From: Eledone cirrhosa
Lineage: Eukaryota
DNA: 64,000 nt
Direction of reading: 5' to 3'
Assembly: GCA_964016885.1 (NCBI GenBank)
Contig: OZ024747.1
Span: forward strand, 51,832,001-51,896,000
The notes beneath the pieces were generated by a model that worked only from the letters and a program-made list of their open reading frames with translations, searched no databases and had not been told where the DNA came from. Positions 55,293-64,000 of this stretch are shown here, piece after piece. Both the position numbers and the translations under genes were made by a program. Every line of letters begins with the position of its first letter. Positions within the stretch are counted from its first letter, which is position 1.

Positions 55293-55893
55293 CTGTAAAT
55301 AGGAAGGGAGGAAATTAACGTGTTTAATTGAACTCATCGATGGAAATTTAGAAAACTATCAGATCCAGTGCCTTTCTTAGGCTGGGACCTTTAAGGGCTT
55401 TTACATTTGGCGCGTGTAAGTCCGGGGTCGTGAAACAAATGGAGAGTATGTTTAGGAAAGACTGCTTTTTTTGTTGATATTTTCAGGAAACATGTGTGGA
55501 TGACAAAAGTGGTGCTGGTATTTACAGAACATCCATTTCGTTTTAATTTAGAAGTTGTGAATAAGAATATTCTGGAAGTATTCTGATCACTGCTGTGATT
55601 CTGATGGCTCTTTAACAACATATTGTAGGAGAAGACCTAGCATTAAGTTGGAATTAAAGGGAGGGAGGACGAACAAAAAAGCAATACAAAAAATAAAGCA
55701 AATAATCGAAAGTCTGCAAATAACAACTTAATGTGTTGTCTTGTTTGGAAAGCAAAAGAACGCCCTCTACATAATTGTTCTTTTTTTCTGTCTTCCTTTG
55801 TCATTATTATGATTGTTGTTGGTGTTGTTGTTTTGGATAATATTACCATTATTATCGTCATTATCATTATTATTGTTATTACTATTATCATTG

Positions 55894-55939
<46 letters not shown>

Positions 55940-56153
55940 CAGCAGCAGCAGCAGCAGTAGAAGTAGTAGTAGTAGTAGTAGTAAGTAGTAGTAGTAGTAG
56001 TAGTAGTTTAGTTGTTTTTGTTGTTTTTGCAAATAGATAGATAAGCGTTCGATTATTTATTCAACTGAGACTAGAGAGTTTTCACAGTATATATGGCACC
56101 GTATAACCAACAAAACATACACACACATATGTATATATTTATATGTATATATA

Positions 56154-56212
<59 letters not shown>

Positions 56213-56559
56213 TAGTTGAAAATGAACAAACAAAAGAAAGGAGGCAATTTTTACACACACATATATATATATGTATATGCATGCTTACATACTCATAGAA
56301 AAAGTATATATACTCATATGCACATACACACACACTCACACGTACAAACAAACCCTGTAACAAGTTAGCTAAGAATTTATCTTAGTAAATTAACATTTCA
56401 AACTCGGGTTACAGCTAGTAAGTTAATCGTAAATATACGTGCCGCCTCCTATATGCGTATACATGCGTATGTATGTTTGTATATATGTATATATGTATGT
56501 GTGTATGTATGTATATATGTATATATACATATATATATATATGTAAGTATATATGTATG

Positions 56560-56590
<31 letters not shown>

Positions 56591-56801
56591 GTGTATGTAT
56601 GTATATATGTATATATACATATATATATATATGTAAGTATACATGTATATATATATATATGTATGTATATATATATATGTATGTATATATATATATATGT
56701 ATGTGTATATATATGTGTGTATGTGTATATGTATGTATGTATATATATATGTATATGTATATATATGTATGTGTATATATATATATGTATGTTTATATAT
56801 A

Positions 56802-56836
<35 letters not shown>

Positions 56837-56837
56837 G

Positions 56838-56868
<31 letters not shown>

Positions 56869-56881
56869 GTGTGTATATATA

Positions 56882-56912
<31 letters not shown>

Positions 56913-56921
56913 GTATATATG

Positions 56922-57526
56922 TCAGGTCACCAGTTGGTGCTACTGGTAACATGTATTCCAGTACAACCTGTCCCATGGTCGGGTCGTTGGCGACTAAACT
57001 GGCAACCCCACCAAGGTTTCTTGGTGAGGAGGGTGACTTTGGACATCCTGCAGGACTAAAAACAAAACCTGTCAAAAGGCAAAGGAGCTCTTAAGAGTCA
57101 ATGGCCATCCAAAATCACCGGGAGAGATGACCCCTTAGCCTTTGTCAAGGCAGAATTCTAGGAGAAGGAAAACTCTGATATAACACCTGCAACCCTGATG
57201 GTATCCAATGATGTTGACTTGTTCTTCTTTTTGGTAAATATCATCTTGGTTAAGAGAGTGGGACTGGCTTTGTGCAGTGCCTTTGCTCACTATAAAAGCT
57301 TCACGGCACAGGCATTGCTTTATATCTGGAGATCTCTCTGCATTTGTCGTCACATGGTACCATGGGCCCAGCACTATGTGTCAATAATTGTCACAAGTGT
57401 AGTGTTTGTACCAGAGCTTTCAAGTCGCTGGCTGGACTAAAAAGTCACACTCGTTCAGCGCATCAGTAGGGGTTCTCCTACATGGATATAAAGTAGTGGC
57501 CGTACTCGAAAACGAGTTGGCAGCCA

Positions 57527-57530
<4 letters not shown>
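56922..57530 (+). mobile_element. Full-length RTE-derived non-autonomous element
   Basis: Reverse complement of 16424-17032, flanked by (TATG)/(TA) arrays. Confidence 0.8.
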
Positions 57531-57581
<51 letters not shown>

Positions 57582-57584
57582 CAT

Positions 57585-57635
<51 letters not shown>

Positions 57636-57636
57636 C

Positions 57637-57761
<125 letters not shown>

Positions 57762-57762
57762 C

Positions 57763-57832
<70 letters not shown>

Positions 57833-57859
57833 GTATATATATATATATATATACATATG

Positions 57860-57892
<33 letters not shown>

Positions 57893-58018
57893 TTGTATGT
57901 GTATACGTATATATCTGTGTATGTGTATATATATATATATATATGTGTGTGTATGTGCGTGTGTGCGTGTGTGTCTATATGCATATATATATATATATAT
58001 ATGTATGTGTATGTATGT

Positions 58019-58096
<78 letters not shown>

Positions 58097-58122
58097 ATAT
58101 GTCTGTATATATGTATATATAT

Positions 58123-58422
58123 GTTCTTTTTGGTAAATATCATCTTGTTTAAGAGAGTGGGACTGGCTTTGTGCAGTGCCTTTGCTCACTATAAAAGCTT
58201 CACGGCACAGGCATTGCTTTATATCTGGAGATCTCTCTGCACTTGTCATCACATGGTACTATGGGCCCAGCACTATGTGTCAATAATTCTCACAAGTGTA
58301 GTGTTTGTACCAGAGTTTACAAGTCGCTGGCTGGACTAAAAAGTCACACTCGTTCAGCGCTTTGGTAGGGGTTCTCCTACATGGAGAGTGGCTGTACTCT
58401 AAAACGAGTTGGCAGCCACCAT
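58123..58422 (+). mobile_element. 5'-truncated copy of the same RTE-derived element
   Basis: Matches 57221-57530 and is followed by (ATGT)n. Confidence 0.8.
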
Positions 58423-58434
58423 ATATGTATATAC

Positions 58435-58467
<33 letters not shown>

Positions 58468-58779
58468 TGTATGTATGTATGTATGTATGTATTTATGTAT
58501 GTACGTATGTATGTATATGCCTGTGATTGCGGATGTACGTATGTACATATGAGTATGTGTACTTGAGTATACATATATCTGTACGTGTGAACGTTTGTGT
58601 CCGGGTATCTCTGCCGTAAACAGTGCCTGTGTGTGTCCGTGCGTATATAAGTACACATGCACGTGTAAATATGTATGTACGTATGCATTTATATATGTGT
58701 ACGTGGCATGTGTGTATATGTATATAGGTAATTATATATCTGAGTGTGACGTGTTTATAATATTTTCAATCAATTGTGT

Positions 58780-58813
<34 letters not shown>

Positions 58814-59085
58814 CTTCGTTTTCAAATTTGTTTTGCAAGATTTCTTATCTGAAACAGATATTGTCATATTTTGGGAGGGTCATGCTGCCAATAAAAACAC
58901 ACGCACCTCTTGCTTTTCACTTCAATTTATTATAAATTCCGGTTGGTTGGTTGGTTCGATAACCGGATGGTTGTTTATATATCGTCAAAGCTCATTGGTC
59001 AAAAACACAGAGAAAGCAACACCACACTTCGGATCTGGGCATATCAACGAAATAACGGAGGTAAACTTTGTTCCGCCATTATATT

Positions 59086-59263
59086 TGGCAGTATCGGTAG
59101 AGGGTCGGACGCTATGCTTTCCAGCATAGTTACGTCCCTTTACCTTCTGAGTTCAAATCCTGCCGAGGTTAACTTTGCCTTTCATCCTTAAGGGGTCCAT
59201 AAAATAAAGTACCAGTAACGTACTGGAATAATTACTGGCCTTGTGCCAAAAGTAGAAATAATT
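59086..59263 (+). mobile_element. Nin/Deu-domain SINE
   Basis: Matches the SINE consensus. Confidence 0.87.
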
Positions 59264-59294
59264 ATATTTTCCAGTTTCTCCCGTTCAAGTTCTA

Positions 59295-59353
59295 GCTGCC
59301 TGATGAGGTCATGGCTGTTGAATAATGGTTATCACCAAAATATATATTGCAGC
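59295..59353 (+). ncRNA. Degenerate type I HHR (GAAA changed to AAAA)
   Basis: GCTGC-CTGATGA-GGT..ACC-AAAA-TATATA-TT-GCAGC, followed by AATAAA. Confidence 0.55.
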
Positions 59354-59598
59354 GAATATGAATAAACGAAGTTAATTTTAACCTGTTGACTTACAGTAAT
59401 TTTAAATTACTCAGGAGTAAAAAGACCCACATGTGCACTTCGTTGAGAGCTCTAACCTGCATACTGAGTTTACTCAAATATATATATATATAGTAATAAT
59501 AATAAATTTGAAGACTAAAATCCAAAGAGGGCTCGATAAGGATAAATATATATCAAATATATGAGAACCGTAGAGCAAATATTTATTAAAATAACAAT

Positions 59599-59647
59599 GT
59601 TTCAGAAGATCCCGTTAAGGGTGAAAGCAGCGATTCTTTGCTTAAAC
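59599..59647 (+). ncRNA. Hammerhead-like fold with CAGAAGA core, in fold-back element 59493-59670
   Basis: GTTT-CAGAAGA-t CCC gttaa GGG t-GAAA-GCA gcgattctt TGC-TT-AAAC. Confidence 0.62.
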
Positions 59648-59664
59648 TTTAATCTGTTATTTTA

Positions 59665-60062
<398 letters not shown>

Positions 60063-60494
60063 TTAGATGGTTCTGGTATCTCGAATTAGTACCTTTGAAC
60101 CACAAATATTATAAACAACTCGCATATTTCTACAAGTAGATAGTACCTGTTGAGGTATTCATCCACTTTTATATATATATATATATATAAATATAAATTT
60201 AGCGAGAATCACATTTCGGCGGGTAGAAATTAGCGAAACGCATCTTCCGTATTGTGCAGACAAGCGCTCCATGGATATGAAGATACCAGAGCTATAAACA
60301 TAGGTCATACACACTGAGACGATGGTTAAGAAGCCATTAACCACCAGAGCCCAAAAAGCGAACAAGCTAAATGGGTCAAACAAAATAAGATATGATTGAA
60401 ATAGTTACCCGGACCCTATATATCTATAGTCCAGAAATAGCCGTCGAAACGGCTTGAGCTCTGCCGTCGGGGTCATACTTTTTCCTATTACCCA

Positions 60495-60549
<55 letters not shown>

Positions 60550-60821
60550 ATAGACACCATATATATTTCCGGGGGTACCTAGTACCCCCGGTGATATATT
60601 AACTTCTTTTAATATACTCCGTTATGTAGAGAACAAATCTGTTGTTCTATTTAGCTGCTATTTTTAGTAGCGTGGTAGACAATAAGTCTATGTTTACTTC
60701 CGCTTCTACTACGGGTGGTTCACGCATAGGCCAAATTTTCGGCAGCATTCGATCCTGTGTTAGCTGGCAGATGGCAATATATCTTGCCGTTCCTGGGACT
60801 TTCTGTCCTAGGAAAGGAAAA

Positions 60822-60905
60822 TGCTTTCTGATAATCTAAACTTTTCCATTGGAGGTCCCTAGGGATCTCCAATCTTTTGTGAGGTGAAACCGATCGGTAA
60901 AAGCA
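60822..60905 (+). ncRNA. Type I HHR with long stem II (CTGATAA core variant), in element 60547-61084
   Basis: TGCTTT-CTGATAA-[ATTGGAG..CTCCAAT hairpin]-GAAA-CCG at CGG-TA-AAAGCA. The element has about 48-bp terminal direct repeats. Confidence 0.65.
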
Positions 60906-61079
60906 ATTGGAATAGGCAAATATTTAAATTATATTTTTAAATTTATTAAAAAAAATTGTTTGAATCTTGCTTGCTCCGCTTATCTCAATTTTATAGTTCT
61001 GGTATGTCAAATTAATACCATAGAACAACCACGGTACCATAGACACCCTATATATTTCCGGGGGTACTTAGTACCTCCG

Positions 61080-61122
<43 letters not shown>

Positions 61123-61304
61123 ATATATATATATTGTTATACTTTATATATATTGTTAAATTTATAAATTTATTATAATAAATTGAAGTGAAAGCAACTG
61201 GTGCGTGTGTTTCTTATTGGCAACATGACCCTCCCAAAGCATAACAATATCGGTTTCAACACACGTTTTCAGATAAACAATCTTGCTAAACAAATTCAGA
61301 AACG

Positions 61305-61340
<36 letters not shown>

Positions 61341-61342
61341 AT

Positions 61343-61533
61343 AATTGTTTCTACTTTAGGCGCACAAGGCCAGCGATTACCCCAGTGCACGACTGGTACT
61401 TTATTTTATCGACCTCGTAAGGATGAAAAGCAAAGTTAACCTCGGCGGATTTGAACTCAGAACGCAAAGGGCCATAACTATGCTGCAAAACATGGTGTCT
61501 GTTGCTCTACCGATACTGCCAAACCACTGCCCT
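61343..61533 (-). mobile_element. Nin/Deu-domain SINE
   Basis: Reverse complement of the SINE consensus. Confidence 0.85.
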
Positions 61534-61638
61534 TATATATATATATAGTAATAATAATAAATTTGAAGACTAAAATCCAAAGAGGACTCGATAAAGATAA
61601 ATATTTATCAAATATATAAGAACCGTAGAGCAAATATT

Positions 61639-61692
<54 letters not shown>

Positions 61693-61829
61693 GAGAGAGA
61701 GAGATTAAAAGAGAGAGTGAGATATCTCACTTCTGTATCATTTTATTTTACTTGAGTTCTTTTTCTTTCTCTATTTCCTTTCTTATTTTCTTATATTTCT
61801 GTGGTAAGATGTCAGTGTTAGTGGCACCG

Positions 61830-62820
61830 TCTATGACTGTGGTGGTGGCGGAGGGTGGCAGTGGTTGTGGTGGTGGTGGTGGTGGTGGTGGAGGGTGGCA
61901 GTGGTTGTGGTGGTGGTGGTGGTGGTGGTGGAGGGTGGCAGCGGCTATGACTGTGGTGGTGGTGGAGGGTGGCAGTGGTTGTGGTGGTGGTGGTGGTGGT
62001 GGTGGAGGGTGGCAGTGTCTATGACTGTGGTGGTGGTGGAGGGTGGCAGTGGTTGTGGTGGTGGTGGTGGTGGTGGTGGTGGTGGTGGAGGGTGGCAGCG
62101 GCTATGACTGTGGTGGTGGTGGAGGGTGGTGGTGGAGGGTGGTGGTGGAGGGTGGCAGCGGCTATGACTGTGGTGGTGGTGGTGGTGGTGGTGGAGGGTG
62201 GCAGTGTCTATGACTGTGGTGGTGGTGGAGGGTGGCAGTGGTTGTGGTGGTGGTGGTGGTGGAGGGTGGCAGCGGCTATGACTGTGGTGGTGGTGGAGGG
62301 TGGCAGTGGTTGTGGTGGTGGTGGTGGTGGTGGTGGTGAAGGGTGGCAGTGTCTATGACTGTGGTGGTGGCGGAGGGTGGCAGTGGTTGTGGTGGTGGTG
62401 GTGGTGGTGGCGGAGGGTGGCAGTGGTTGTGGTGGTGGTGGTGGTGGTGGCGCAGGGTGGCAGTGGTTGTGGTGGTGGTGGTGGTGGTGGCGGAGGGTGG
62501 CAGTGGTTGTGGTAGTGGCGGAGGGTGGCAGTGGTTGTGGTGGTGGTGGTGGCGGAGGGTGGCAGTGGTTGTGGTGGTGGTGGAGGGTGGCAGTGTCTAT
62601 GACTGTGGTGGTGGCGGAGGGTGGCAGTGGTTGTGGTGGTGGTGGTGGTGGTGGTGGAGGGTGGCAGCGGCTATGACTGTGGTGGTGGTGGAGGGTGGCA
62701 GTGGTTGTGGTGGTGGTGGTGGTGGTGGAGGGTGGAAGTGGTTGTGGTGATGGTGGTGGTGGTGGTGGAGGGTGGCAGTGTCTATGACTGTGGTGGTGAC
62801 GGAGGGTGGCAGTGGTTGTA
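61830..62820 (+). repeat. Compound minisatellite of GGAGGGTGGCAG and CTATGACTG motifs separated by (TGG)n
   Basis: Direct reading; about 30 variable units. Confidence 0.9.
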
Positions 62821-62822
62821 GT

Positions 62823-62853
<31 letters not shown>

Positions 62854-63249
62854 GATAGTGGGGAGGGTAAAGGTGGGGGTTGGTGGAGAATGTGGGGAGG
62901 GCAGTGGGGAGTGGTGGTGGAGGCTGTGGGGAGGGGTGATCATTTTAAATTTATTCTCTGCTATTTTCAGGATCGATTTCAGCTGGAAGCCGACTCTCAC
63001 AACAATGGTGTTCAATACTTCTTTCTCTTCTTTTTATTTACTTCTTCTTTTGTTGTTTTTGTTTGCTTTGTTTTTCTTTCTTATTGTTTCTTAGTTTTTA
63101 TTATTTTATTTTTCTTTTGTTTTCTCTTTTCTTTTCTTTTTTTTGTTTTGTTTCGACGTAAAATTTAATAAAAATCCCCGTAAATTAACACTAACAGACA
63201 TATCTCATTCTGTGGCATGTTTCATTGTTGTTGGTGATGATGATTGCGG

Positions 63250-63733
63250 AGGCGGGGGAGGGGGTTAGTGGTGAGAGTGGTGAGGGAGGAGTGGTGGTTG
63301 TGGTGGTGGTAGTGATGGTGGTAGTGGTGGTTGTGGTGGTATGGTTGTGGTGGTGGTGGTGGTGGTGGAAATGGTGCTGATGGTGGGAGTGGCGGTTGTG
63401 TGTGTGAGTGTGTGTGTGGGGGGTCCATGGTGGTCGTGGTGGTAGTGATGGTTGATGTGGTGGTGGTGGTGGTGGTATGGTTGTGGTGGTGGTGGTGGTG
63501 TGGTTGTGGTGGTGGTGGTGGTGGTGGTGGTGGTGGTGGTGGAAATGGTGGTGATGGTGGGAGTGGCGGTTGTGTGTGTGAGTGTGTGTGTGGGGGTCCA
63601 TGGTGGTGGTGGTGGTAGTGATGGTTGATGTGGTGGTGGTGGTGGTATGGTGGTGGTGGTGGTGGTGGTGGTGGTGGTGGTGGTGGTGGTGGTGGTGGTG
63701 GTGGAAATGGTGGTGATGGTGGGAGTGGCGGTT

Positions 63734-63764
<31 letters not shown>

Positions 63765-64000
63765 TCGTGGTGGTTGTGGTGGTAGTGATGGTTGATGTGG
63801 TGGTAGTGGTGGTGTTGGTGGTGGTGGTGGTGGTGGTGTGGTGGGGTTGGTATGGGTGCGGTGGTGGTGGCGTTGGCGGTGTGTGTGTGTTTGGTAATGG
63901 TGGACATGGTGGTTGTCGTGGTGGTTATCGTGGTAGTGGTGGTGGTGTTCATGCTGGTTGTGGTGGTGGTGATGGTTGGTGTGGTGGTGGTGTTGGTGGT
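63250..64000. repeat. (GGT)n low-complexity array with a higher-order repeat of about 160-175 bp
   Basis: GGAAATGGTG.TGATGGTGGGAGTGGCGGTTGTGTGTG recurs three times. Confidence 0.85.

Noticed and set aside
53933-55640. Unique-looking segments with possible splice sites and short ORFs (53979-54142 and 55391-55638, minus strand)
   Set aside because: No recognisable domain and no consistent exon chain; RNA-seq would be needed.
56925-57045. HDV-like ribozyme at the 5' end of the RTE-derived element (GGTCACC/GGTGACT could form P1)
   Set aside because: I could not place P3/L3, P1.1 or J4/2 in the required order.

Overview
Repeat-dominated, AT-rich animal genomic DNA. The SINE and microsatellite landscape suggests a cephalopod such as Octopus; this is an inference. 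I found no confident host gene, only one candidate 54-nt exon at 44710-44763 (-). Retroelements present: a near-full-length but inactivated L1/Tx1-type LINE (1-4955), two R4/Dong-type fragments, RTE and CRE fragments, a non-autonomous LTR element with a tRNA-Trp primer-binding site, about 15 copies of a tRNA-derived Nin/Deu-domain SINE, and an RTE-derived family found in (ATGT)n. DNA elements present: two non-autonomous Helitrons and a hAT MITE. The most notable signal is a dense set of short non-coding inserts sitting in (TA)n microsatellites. They come from several unrelated families and carry type I hammerhead-ribozyme (HHR) folds, usually at or near the centre of a fold-back palindrome. 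This architecture matches Penelope-like element pseudo-LTRs or retrozymes. Many of these folds have a U-U mismatch closing stem II, and one family has a CAGAAGA core instead of CUGANGA. Nearly all other ORFs in the track are microsatellite artefacts. All folds and alignments were done by eye, so coordinates may be off by a few bases.
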